Assembly: GCA_963776935.1 (NCBI GenBank)
Contig: CAVZOP010000007.1
Location: 8,788-72,787, forward strand
DNA from: Ilumatobacteraceae bacterium
Lineage (GTDB): Bacteria; Actinomycetota; Acidimicrobiia; Acidimicrobiales; Ilumatobacteraceae
DNA length: 64,000 bases
Direction: 5' to 3'
This document shows, piece after piece, positions 1-10,360 of this stretch. The position numbers and the translations under genes were made by a program. The notes below the pieces were generated by a model. The model worked only from the letters and a program-made list of their open reading frames with translations, searched no databases and was not told the origin of the DNA. Position 1 is the stretch's first letter; the number at the start of each line of letters is the position of its first letter.

Positions 1-791
1 GGCGGCCCGGATCCCAGGTCGTACCTGCGGATCTTCGATCGCTACTACCCGCGGCCTTCGAGGCGGGTATCCAGAGTCGGATCGTGCACGCCGACCAGTT
101 CCGGCAGCGCGACGCGGCGGACTTCGTGGCCGAGTTCCCGACCCTCGTCGTGCCGACGCTCTACGTCGCCGATGACGGCATGCTCGACGCCCTCGTGCGC
201 TACGCGGAGTCGGGCGGGCACCTCGTGGTCGGCATCCGAACAGGCTACGGCGACCAACTCGCCAGGGCCCGGCCCGAGCGAGCGCCCGGGCGTCTCGCCG
301 CCGCAGCGGGGGTCTGGTACGACGAGTACTCGACGCTCGACGCTCCGGTCGGCATCGACGGCACCACCTTCGGTGGCGGCCAGGCTGAGGGTTGGGCCGA
401 CACGCTCGTCGCTGACGGCGCCGACGTTGTGGCGGTGAACTCCTCGGGCATCTACGCGGGCCGACCCGCGGTGACCTCGCGCGAGCACGGTGCCGGTCGC
501 GTCACCTACGTGGGCACGCTGCCCGACCTCGCGCTTGCGACATCCATTCTTCGCTGGGCCGTACCGATCACGAGAGCGAGCGATTGGCGGTTGGATGCCT
601 CGGTCACGGTCACCTCGGGCAGCAGTAGCGGCGGGCGCGTCTGGTTCATCAGCAACTGGTCGCCCGAGCCCGCCACCGCTCACCCGCCGCAGCGGCGCGG
701 CGGAAAACCGATCGTTCTCGAACCGTGGGACGTCACCGTCCTCGTCGAGCAACGCGATCCCGAATCTGGGGCGTTTTCACTCAAACACTAA
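1..791 (+). CDS. GH42-family beta-galactosidase, C-terminal portion (5' end outside window)
   Basis: The frame is open to the window edge and stops at 789-791. The translation (..PTLYVADDGMLDALVRYAESGGHLVVGIRTGYGDQ.., ..VTYVGTLPD..) looks like the GH42 trimerisation and C-terminal domains. It lies directly upstream of sugar ABC transporter genes. Confidence 0.7.
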   Translation, partial: RPGSQVVPADLRSLLPAAFEAGIQSRIVHADQFRQRDAADFVAEFPTLVVPTLYVADDGMLDALVRYAESGGHLVVGIRTGYGDQLARARPERAPGRLAAAAGVWYDEYSTLDAPVGIDGTTFGGGQAEGWADTLVADGADVVAVNSSGIYAGRPAVTSREHGAGRVTYVGTLPDLALATSILRWAVPITRASDWRLDASVTVTSGSSSGGRVWFISNWSPEPATAHPPQRRGGKPIVLEPWDVTVLVEQRDPESGAFSLKH

Positions 792-807
792 AGAGAGTAG
801 AGCAATC

Positions 808-2196
808 ATGAGGCAAGGAGCACGCAAGGCCGCGGTCGCGATCACCTCGATCGCTACCGTGGCAGCATTCACGCTCAGCGGCTGCGGGTCCAACGGGGGC
901 ACGGGCGGCACCAGCGGTGAGCCCACGGATGGCACGGGCAACACCAACGGTCAGATCACGGATGCGCAACACGAAGAGGCGTTGAACACGCCGACCGAGC
1001 TGACCTTCTGGACATGGGTACCCGACATTCAGGATCAGGTCGACATGTTCATGGAGGAGTACCCGGCGATCAACGTCACGGTCGAGAACGTCGGCCAAGG
1101 ACTGGATCACTACTCAAAGGTGCGCACCGCTTCGCAGGCCGGTAGCGGCGGTCCCGACGTGGTCCAGCTCGAGCAACAGTTCATCACGTCGTTCGCCGTG
1201 ACCGGCGAGCTGCTCGATCTCACGCCGTACGGTGCGGCAGACATCGGGGACGAGTACGTGCCATGGGTCTGGAATCAGGTCGTCGCCAACGGCGAGGTCC
1301 TGGCGATCCCGCAGGACTCGGGCCCCTTGGGCAACCTGTACCGCGAGGACATCCTGACGGCGGCAGGTGTGACGGAGCCGCCCGCCACGTGGGCGGACTA
1401 CAAGACCGCCGCGGAGTTGGTGCGCGCGAACACGGACTCGTACATCTCGAACATGGCGCCGAACCAGGGCGCCGGTTGGGTCGGGCTGCTGTGGCAGGCG
1501 GGCGTCAAGCCGTTCGGCTATGACGGCGGCGAGGGTGTCACGATCAGCGTGAACAGCGCTGAGGCGAAAGAAGTGGTCAGCTACTGGCAGGACCTCATCC
1601 AGAACGATCTCGTCTCGGTCGACCCGGACTTCACCGACGAGTGGTACCAGGGTCTCAACCAGGGCAAGTACGCCGGCTGGATCACGGCCGCGTGGGCTCC
1701 CGTCTTCCTCTCCGGTGCCGCGGCTGACACGTCGGGTCTGTGGCGCGCCGCGCCACTGCCGCAGTGGAATGAGGGCGAGGAAGCCTCGGGCAACTGGGGC
1801 GGTTCAGTCAACGCGGTGCTCAAGACCTCGGAGAACCCGATCGCGGCCTACGAGTTGGCGAAGTGGATCAACTACGAACAGGAACCTGCGTTGCTGTTCG
1901 CGACCCAGCAGCACTTCTTCCCAACCAAGATCTCCGTGCTGGAGGACCCGGAGTTCGCTGCTCAAGAGCCTGAATTCTACGGTGGGCAGAGGGTCAACGA
2001 GCTGTTCGCGGGAATCTCCGAAACGGTCGACACCGAATGGGAGTGGCTGCCGTTCATGGAGTTCGCTTACACGAGCTTCAACGAAACGTTCGGGGCCCAG
2101 GTTGCGGCCAAGGGCGATCTCTCTGCAGGCCTGGATGCCTGGCAGGCCGCGCTCGAAGAGTACGCGACCCAGCAGGGCTTCACGGTCAACGAGTAG
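808..2196 (+). CDS. ABC sugar transporter, extracellular solute-binding lipoprotein
   Basis: ATG at 808 follows the stop of the upstream gene. The lipoprotein signal is MRQGARKAAVAITSIATVAAFTLSGCGS (lipobox LSGC). The body resembles family-1 solute-binding proteins (..LTFWTWVPD.., ..VLAIPQDSGP..). Confidence 0.85.
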   Translation: MRQGARKAAVAITSIATVAAFTLSGCGSNGGTGGTSGEPTDGTGNTNGQITDAQHEEALNTPTELTFWTWVPDIQDQVDMFMEEYPAINVTVENVGQGLDHYSKVRTASQAGSGGPDVVQLEQQFITSFAVTGELLDLTPYGAADIGDEYVPWVWNQVVANGEVLAIPQDSGPLGNLYREDILTAAGVTEPPATWADYKTAAELVRANTDSYISNMAPNQGAGWVGLLWQAGVKPFGYDGGEGVTISVNSAEAKEVVSYWQDLIQNDLVSVDPDFTDEWYQGLNQGKYAGWITAAWAPVFLSGAAADTSGLWRAAPLPQWNEGEEASGNWGGSVNAVLKTSENPIAAYELAKWINYEQEPALLFATQQHFFPTKISVLEDPEFAAQEPEFYGGQRVNELFAGISETVDTEWEWLPFMEFAYTSFNETFGAQVAAKGDLSAGLDAWQAALEEYATQQGFTVNE

Positions 2197-2267
2197 CACG
2201 CGGACGGCCCGGGGATCAAAACCCGGGCCGCCCCCGCTGCACCATCACCTGAGCGAAGGAACCTGAG

Positions 2268-3150
2268 ATGACCAGCGCGATCCACCGGAAGCACCGCCTC
2301 GTTGCCTACGGATTCGTCCTCCCATTCTTTGCCGTGTTCGCGGCGATGTTCATCGCACCGCTCGCCTATTCGGGCTACCTGAGTTTTTCGTGGACCGGCT
2401 CGTCGGCGACGCGAATTTCGTCGCCTTCGAGAACTATCTGCGCGCGTTCCAAGATCCCGGCTTCCTCGATGGCCTCGGGCGCACCGCGCTGTTTCTCGTG
2501 ACACAGGTGCCCATCATGCTCGGGCTCGCGCTGTTCTTCGCGCTCGCGCTCGACTCCGGTCGAGCGCGCGGCAGCAAGACGCTGCGGCTGCTCATCTTCT
2601 TGCCCTACGCGGTGCCCGGCGTCGTCGTTGTGCTCATGTGGGGCTACCTCTACGGGCAAGAGTTCGGACTCGTTGCCCAGATCATCGACGCAACCGGGTT
2701 GCCTCCAACCAACTTCCTGTCGGATTCTCTCATCTTGTTCTCGATCATGAACATCGTGACGTGGGCGTTCGTTGGCTACAACATGATTGTCATGTACGCG
2801 GCGCTCAAGTCGATTCCCACCGAACTGTACGAGGCCGCCGAGATCGACGGAGCGAGCCAATGGCAACTGGCCTGGAGCGTGAAGATTCCTATGATTCGGC
2901 CCGCCATCCTCCTGACCACCATCTTCTCGGTCATCGGGAGCTTCCAGATCTTCAACGAACCGAAACTTCTGGTGGAGATCGCGCCTACCGGGATCACGCA
3001 GTCGTTCACGCCCAACTACTACGCCTTCAACCTCGCGTTCGTGAACCAGGACATCAATTACGCCGCGGCGATCGCATTCCTGCTCGGCTTCATCATCATG
3101 ATCGTCTCGTACGTCGTGCAACTGAGCGCCCAGAGAAGGAAGTTCCAGCA

Positions 3151-3154
<4 letters not shown>
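2268..3154 (+). pseudogene. ABC sugar permease (MalF/LacF type), frame broken at a T5 run (2384-2388) as sequenced
   Basis: Track ORFs 2268-2501 and 2390-3154 are two halves of one permease. Adding one T to agtttttcgtgg gives ..GYLSFFVDRLVGDANFVAFENYL... The multi-TM body carries the EAA-like loop ..YEAAEIDGASQWQLAWSVKIPMIRP... Confidence 0.8.
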
Positions 3155-4655
<1,501 letters not shown>

Positions 4656-4666
4656 TCGGTAAGGGC

Positions 4667-5197
4667 TCACGACAGGTCTGATTGGGCGTTGATGGTGTAG
4701 TTCCATTCGCCGTGGAAGTCGTGTGGGTGGAGTGGGACGGCGGCGAGTTCGGTGTCGGTGATCCGGACGCCCTTCGCGTACCACTCGGGGTCGTGTGCGG
4801 CTTGCACGGTGAGGCCGGTGGAGGTGGTGGTTGCGGAGATCAGTTCGATGATGGTGCGCAAGCTGGTGAGGGGCCGTCCGCGCCAGTTCATCGTGATGAA
4901 CGAGAACATGCGGTGCTCGATCCGGTTCCACTTCGAGGTGCCGGGCGGGTAGTGACAGACCGTGATCGTCAGTCCTTTCTCAGCGGCGAGGCGGGCGAGG
5001 TGGAGTTTCCAGGCGCGAGCCGGTAGCCGTTCGAGCCGCCGGCATCAGCGGTGATCAACAGCCGCGTCGCGTTCGGGAACCGGGTGCTGCCCATCTGGTT
5101 CCACCAGGCCCGGATCGATTCGGCCGCGAACTCGGCGGTGTCAGCGACATCACCAACCGACACCCAGCCTTCGTTGGCGTCGGCGTGACGACCCGCT
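4667..5197 (-). mobile_element. ISAzo13-family (DDE_Tnp_ISAZ013) transposase remnant, C-terminal half, frameshifted near 5010
   Basis: Joining track ORFs 4969-5247 and 4667-4909 gives ..LLITADAGGSNGYRL/RAWKLHLARLAAEKGLTITVCHYPPGTSKWNRIEHRMFSFITMNWRGRPL..FHGEWNYTI... These are hallmark motifs of the ISAzo13/Rhodopirellula-type DDE transposase. The N-terminal half is absent. Confidence 0.7.
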
Positions 5198-5356
5198 GGG
5201 CTGCTGCCAGGCACGACGCGTTCGCAGAGGTTTAGCGTTGTCGCCAAACGGAGCCCACTAGACGCTTGGATATCGGTCTGAGATTTGCCTCTGAACAGGC
5301 ATTTCCTGTGGAGCGGACGACGGGATTCGAACCCGCGACCCTCACCTTGGCAAGGT
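5198..5356. repeat. Left copy of island-bounding direct repeat (attL-like): tRNA-Gly 3'-flank homologue plus exact 48-nt tRNA-Gly 3' half
   Basis: 5309-5356 is identical to 15062-15109. 5198-5308 aligns with 14953-15061 with scattered mismatches. Both copies start at GGGCTGCTGCCAGGC. Confidence 0.85.
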
Positions 5357-5841
5357 CATGAAAATGGTCTCCCCCGTCTCACCAGTCTCCCGAGCAGCGT
5401 GTCGTCTCCTCGCTAGTCTCCCCAGTCCGCAGAGTGCACCCCTGTCGCCTCGCAACCGTTTAGCGCGCTAAACCACCACGAACTCGCAGAGCGTGCGTCC
5501 TCGCCGAACGCCCGGGAAGCAACGCAGCTCCGCCTGGTCGCCGAGGCGCACAGATCGCCGGATCACGCGCTCGTTCTCATAAGCGGATCGCCGGATGCTA
5601 TCTGCATCTATACCAGTGCGCGTTGGTACGCACGGATGATCTGCAGAGCGTGTGTTGTTCTTGGATCGCGTATTTCGGCGGTGGGCGCGCATCGGTAAGT
5701 CTGGCACGCCCCGCACTTAGCCAACAAACTGGATCGAGGTGATCACGCTGTCGTCGACGGCCACGTTGAGACATCGATCAACACCGGTAATCGCACGCGA
5801 ATGCATCGGCAACGTCACACCTCCCGAGTAGAACGGCGCAC

Positions 5842-6684
5842 ATGCTCGAGATGCTTCCTGGCCGTCGACTTAACGACGCTATTATGCGCACTGTTCAAGA
5901 CGTGGCGACCGATGCTGGTAACCGGCGGGCAGCGGGCCAACCGATTCGGGCATTGCACGAGTGGGCGACCAACACCGAGGCCGGGTTTCGCGGCATCATT
6001 CCGACCAGCGAGGTGCAACGACTCGTCTACACCGAGAGGTACTGGCACGCTGGGACCGTCGACTCGCACTGGCCGAGATCGACGACGCCTACCACCGGTG
6101 GACACGCGAATTCGATGAGCTCAAGGCATGGCGCCAGCGGTGGCTCATCGAGCAACGCGATGATGATTGTCTCCGACACGTCCGTGATCCTGCGCGCCCA
6201 GGGTTCGATCGCCAGCATTGAGTGGTTCAAGCTCGTCGGCGCCGGCAAGCAAGATCCGGTTCGGGTGGTCATCCCGCTCGTCGTCCTCGATGAGCTCGAG
6301 AACCAGAAAGACCGCGGCGAGAACAAGGCACAAGAAGGTCAAGAGCACTCCCCGCGCGTCAAGGCTCGTCATGCCCTGCGAGACCTCGCAGCGCTGTTCG
6401 CCACCCGCATGTTGCCCACGCAGCCGACTGAGGTACCCGTCGAGTACGTCGTCGCTGCGCGGCCCACCGTTGAGGTGCTCGAAGATCCGCCCGGGGGTCA
6501 CGTCCGCTACCCGCGTGCCGACGATGAACTCATCCGCCGAGCCGTGCATCTGCGCAACACCACCGGCCGCCGAGTCGTCCTCGTCACCTATGACGTTGCG
6601 ATGTCCATCCGGGCGCAGATCGAGGAACTCAGCGTTGTACTTCATGATGGCGCGGGCGGCGCCGTGCCGCTCAATTTCCAGTGA
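5842..6684 (+). pseudogene. PIN-domain nuclease-like protein with helical N-terminal region (frame-disrupted upstream of the PIN domain)
   Basis: The C-terminal ~175 aa read ..MMIVSDTSVIL..VIPLVVLDELENQKD..YPRADDELIRRAV..VLVTYDVAMSIRA.., with four acidic positions spaced as in PIN domains. Upstream coding sense hops between track frames 5842 and 5961 (..LALAEIDDAYHRWTREFDELKAWRQRW..). Confidence 0.55.
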
Positions 6685-6977
6685 CCAGCTCGAGGCGTGG
6701 ATCCGAAGGCGGTCGATCATCGAGTCGCACCGATGCACGACCATCAGTGTCATGAACGACCACGACTTCTGCCACTCTGAGTGCGGCCGACGTCGTCGCC
6801 CTACTCAACTTCATCGACCGTGCTCTCGGCGACGACGCAGACCTTCGCGAAGAGCTGCGGATGCGCGGCCTCGACTGCGACGCAGCGAACGGAGTGCCCC
6901 GACAACCTCGTCGGCGGCTAATCGCGCGAACAAACGCATCGCGGGCAGCTGAGCTGTGGTCTCCTCGGCAACTGAGC

Positions 6978-7241
6978 CTAGTTGATCGTGCTGACCGCTG
7001 CCCGCACCGCGTCGGCGCGGCCGTCCAGATCGATGGCGACGAACCAATTGCCAGAGCTCTCGACGCGTAGCTGTGCAGGTGACTTGACCTGGCGGCCGCC
7101 GTAACCCCGGTAGTTGAGGCCACGCGTGTAGCGGGCGTAGTTGTAGCTGTCGACGAGGTGCACGTTCGCTTGCTTGTCGAGCTCGACCGTCACGGTGGTG
7201 CCGGCGGCGATGTGGCCGAGATTGAACTTGAGATGGTGCAT
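6978..7241 (-). CDS. DUF1883 domain-containing protein
   Basis: 87 aa: MHHLKFNLGHIAAGTTVTVELDKQANVHLVDSYNYARYTRGLNYRGYGGRQVKSPAQLRVESSGNWFVAIDLDG... This matches the remembered DUF1883 pattern (..DLG.l..G..v.V.L...aNV.LmDs.Ny..Y..G....Y.GG....SP..l......G.W.v.iDl.G). Confidence 0.7.
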   Translation of the reverse strand: MHHLKFNLGHIAAGTTVTVELDKQANVHLVDSYNYARYTRGLNYRGYGGRQVKSPAQLRVESSGNWFVAIDLDGRADAVRAAVSTIN

Positions 7242-7355
7242 TGATGTCTCCCCTTCAGGGGCTGGACTTCACGTTGGACGATGAACGAAAGGTCCACACG
7301 TGATGCCCGCTTGGCACGACCCAACGCGTCGTCGGGTCATGCCAGCGGCGGCACG

Positions 7356-7571
7356 TCAGACGCGCTGGGTGATGGTTCCGCCGGGGTTGCGGCGTGCGGT
7401 TGCTTCGGTGACGAAGCGGCCCGTACTCGCCGAGCGGCTGACGGGCGTGTTGTTCCGGGTGCTCCCGCCGACCCGCTCCGTGGTCGTGCGGGCCGGGTGG
7501 CGCTGGGCGGTCCCTCGAGTAACGAAACGTCCGGTCGATGCGCTGCGGTGGACGGTGTGTCCTTTGGCCAT
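7356..7571 (-). CDS. Small basic protein with two tandem ~35-aa repeats (SASTGRFVT..A.R.P..T..[EQ]RV)
   Basis: 71 aa: MAKGHTVHRSASTGRFVTRGTAQRHPARTTTERVGGSTRNNTPVSRSASTGRFVTEATARRNPGGTITQRV. A strong SD (AAGGAGAA, complement of 7581-7588) lies 9 nt upstream of the ATG. Confidence 0.5.
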   Translation of the reverse strand: MAKGHTVHRSASTGRFVTRGTAQRHPARTTTERVGGSTRNNTPVSRSASTGRFVTEATARRNPGGTITQRV

Positions 7572-7590
7572 GGTGGTGTGTTCTCCTTGA

Positions 7591-7710
7591 TCAGCGGCGG
7601 GTGAGGGTGACGCGGGTGGTCAACTTGACCGGCACGTATCGCGTGCCGGTTGAGGTACGGACCGGCACCCTGCGGGTCGTGGTTCGGGTGATCGTGCGGC
7701 TGGTCGCCAT
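7591..7710 (-). CDS. Candidate 39-aa Arg/Thr-rich micro-ORF (below the ORF-track size cut-off)
   Basis: Hand translation gives MATSRTITRTTTRRVPVRTSTGTRYVPVKLTTRVTLTRR*. Its stop lies 19 nt upstream of the next ATG, and the SD of the downstream gene sits directly after that stop. GAAAGGA lies upstream of its own ATG. Confidence 0.3.
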   Translation of the reverse strand: MATSRTITRTTTRRVPVRTSTGTRYVPVKLTTRVTLTRR

Positions 7711-7784
7711 GGTCTGATGTCCTTTCACCGTTGGGTTGTTGTGACGGACCTATGTCTGGCAGCGACGATTCGCCAGCAGGTTTC

Positions 7785-8903
7785 TCAGCTGACACGGCGG
7801 TCGAGTTGTTGCTCGAGGACCATGCGTCGCTTGATGGTCTTGCGGCCGTTCTTCAGTCGGTACTCCACTTGCGGCACCGTCATTTCGACTTCGGCGCTGA
7901 TCTCCGGGTCGGTCCAGCCGCTGCAGTCGAGTCGGAGCACCTCCGCGATCTCCTCGCCGACCAACTCCATGTACCGGTCGAACTCGACGGCGCCGAGCAC
8001 GTCGTCGGGTTGTCCGACGATGTCGCCGCGGCATCCTGAGACCTGTTGCATCGCTTCCCGCTCGCGACGCATCTGGGTGCGCCAGGCTCGCCACGCTGTG
8101 GGGAGTCGAAGCACGGCGAGGTTGGTCGCCCACGTCCGAATCGCGGCGCCTCCGTCCACCGTCCACATCCCTGTCGCGAGCTGATCACGCAGTACAGGCA
8201 TCATCGCTTGCACGGTGCGTTCGGCCATGGCCTGCGCAGCGTCGTGCGGCACTCCGTTCGCCGGCGTCTGCAAATCGAGTGCTGGATGACCGCCGAGCTG
8301 CACGTACCACGACCAGACGTTCCCTTTGCGGATCATGGAGGCGACGACCTTCGTCGTGTACAGCCACACGTGCTCTTTGATCTCGGTCCAGGCCGGACCG
8401 TCCTCGTTGCCGTCGCTGAGCTCGAACTGAAGATAAAGGACCCGATCCGCATCAGTGAGTTTCGGCTCGTAGGGCGCCCCGCCTCCGGTTATAAGAACGG
8501 CTCGTTCGGCCGGTCGGAGGCGGAGTCGAATGATCCATGAGCGGAGTTGAGTAACGGCGACTCGATAACTAGCTCGTCCCTCGCTACTCATCGACCCGTC
8601 GTATGGCGACATGCGAGAGCACCATGAACTTTTTCGGAAAGCGTCGAAAAGCTCTGTGACCAGGAGCGACGCACACCCACCACCATCCCGTAACAGCGCT
8701 GGATTGTCGAAGAGATCCAACAGGCTGTTCGTAGATGCCGGGCATCGGCAGGGACTTGTCGGTCGTGGCACGATGAGCCGTGCCGGAACGCGACGCCGGG
8801 CTTCGGCGGTGAAATCGGCGCCGACGCTGTGTGACCTGTACGCGTCGGCACGCATGACGAGCATCCTGCCCAGCAGAAGGTCGATGTCATCGTTGTCAGG
8901 CAT
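7785..8903 (-). CDS. Putative transcription regulator with C-terminal sigma-70 region-4-like HTH and a long novel N-terminal region
   Basis: 372 aa. The C-terminus ..EEIAEVLRLDCSGWTDPEISAEVEMTVPQVEYRLKNGRKTIKRR.. resembles ECF-sigma region 4. I did not recognise the first ~280 aa. Confidence 0.55.
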   Translation of the reverse strand: MPDNDDIDLLLGRMLVMRADAYRSHSVGADFTAEARRRVPARLIVPRPTSPCRCPASTNSLLDLFDNPALLRDGGGCASLLVTELFDAFRKSSWCSRMSPYDGSMSSEGRASYRVAVTQLRSWIIRLRLRPAERAVLITGGGAPYEPKLTDADRVLYLQFELSDGNEDGPAWTEIKEHVWLYTTKVVASMIRKGNVWSWYVQLGGHPALDLQTPANGVPHDAAQAMAERTVQAMMPVLRDQLATGMWTVDGGAAIRTWATNLAVLRLPTAWRAWRTQMRREREAMQQVSGCRGDIVGQPDDVLGAVEFDRYMELVGEEIAEVLRLDCSGWTDPEISAEVEMTVPQVEYRLKNGRKTIKRRMVLEQQLDRRVS

Positions 8904-9462
8904 TCAAGATCGATCGTACGACGAGGGTGTGACAGCAATAGGCGCTTCGACGGGCCAGGACGCTACGCGCTGCGAAACGCGTCGAGGCTGACGGCAAGTC
9001 GTTGAACACGCGCAAGTCGAATCCTCAGGCCTTGCTCAGTGGACCGGCAGGAACCGCAGTCAGGGCGTTCGCGAGCAGACCGATCTGTGCCAGCCACGAA
9101 ATCGGCGATCAGCGCAGAAACACGCGGCGCAGAACGACGCCACCGTCATTGACGGACGACGCGTCCTATCGGCGCCTCGGATTCAAAGCGACCGGGTTGT
9201 TCGGTGGATCGGACGCTCACGGAGACCAATCGTTGAGTGCGCGTCGCGTCTGAGCGTCCCTCGACAGGGTTGCGTAGTTGAGCGATCGATTAGCGACTCT
9301 CCCGGTGCGGAGGCAGCGCCGGCACCCTACGTCGGCCCACGCGTGACCCAGGAAGCGCGGGCTGAAGCTCTCGACATTCAACGGGTCGGTGAGATGGGCG
9401 GCTGAAGCCTCACATCATCGACATCTCAGCCATCGCCGCGCCCGGCGTCGGCAGGCCCTTCC

Positions 9463-10189
9463 TCAGTTCAGCGAACACTTCTTGACTATGTGCTCTGCCA
9501 GGACCTTTGGTGACATCCGGCGGGCATCGAGATACCCGATCGTTGGTCGGATTCCGGGCAACTCAGTGTCATCGAACCGAACCGGAAGAATGTAATCGGA
9601 ATCCTGGTTCTCCAATGCAGCTGAGAGTGCGCTGCGCCGCTCATGCACAGTCCACATCCACGTGCGGTATTCCGCTGAGATGAACATGACCACATGTCTC
9701 GAGCGAAGGCGGTACACACCGTCGAGGTGCTCAGCGAGATCCTTGCCCCAAAGTTCGGTCTGCGCATCTCGGTCGTAGAAGATTCGAAGGTTCCGGGCCT
9801 TCAGTTTCGTCGCCACGCGCTCGACGTATCACGTTGCCGCGCGCCACAAACGATAAAGCCACGTCGTACTCAGCCACCTTCAGCCCCACGTCCGTCAACC
9901 GCTGTCCAAGATCCCACATCATACTTGCTAGATCGTCGCCCTGACCGATAGCTCGGAGTACCGACGAGTCGTACGCAGCCGTGGAGGACAGCACAAGCGC
10001 GCCGACGATAAGCCCTTTCTCGGGGGCCTCTTCTCGCACGATGGGGATGGAACGTTGAAAGGCCCAGCGTTCGCCGCCGTGGCCGCTGTTTTTCTGCATC
10101 GTCTCGCCGAAGAGTACCGAATGCGCCGCAAGGTTGGCGGTGTCCGGATGAAGTGAAAACGCCTGAACCGTCCTCGCATGTTTAACCAC
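9463..10189 (-). pseudogene. TIR-domain protein with ~115-aa N-terminal extension (frame break at ~9832-9850 as sequenced)
   Basis: The upstream frame ends ..LKVAEYDVALSFVARGN. The downstream frame continues YVERVATKLKARNLRIFYDRDAQTELWGKDLAEHLDGVYRLRSRHVVMFISAEYRTWMWTVHERRSAL..DYILPVRFDDTELP... This is the bacterial TIR_2 pattern (D-V-x-L-S-F start, FYD, S..Y....W...E, ILPV). The N-terminal part (..RSIPIVREEAPEKGLIVGALVLSS..) is faintly like the C-terminal half of a GAF domain. Confidence 0.65.
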
Positions 10190-10360
10190 GAAAGCGCTCG
10201 ACCCCCACTGCTCAACATGCGTTGGACCCGTTAATCCACGCGCTCAGTTCGATCTGTTCGTTGCTCGGCGGCCTCGGAAGCGATGCAAGCGCACCAAAGA
10301 GCAGGCGATGAAACTCTTGGAAGATAAGACTGAGGCTGCGCTCGTCGGCGAAGCGACGAT

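Noticed and set aside
5357-5841. Search for an integrase or excisionase remnant next to the att-like core (also in 14629-14952)
   Set aside because: Hand translation of both strands gave only short Arg-rich ORFs (for example 5468-5716, 82 aa). None had R..HxxR..Y tyrosine-recombinase or serine-recombinase motifs. An HMM scan is still advisable.
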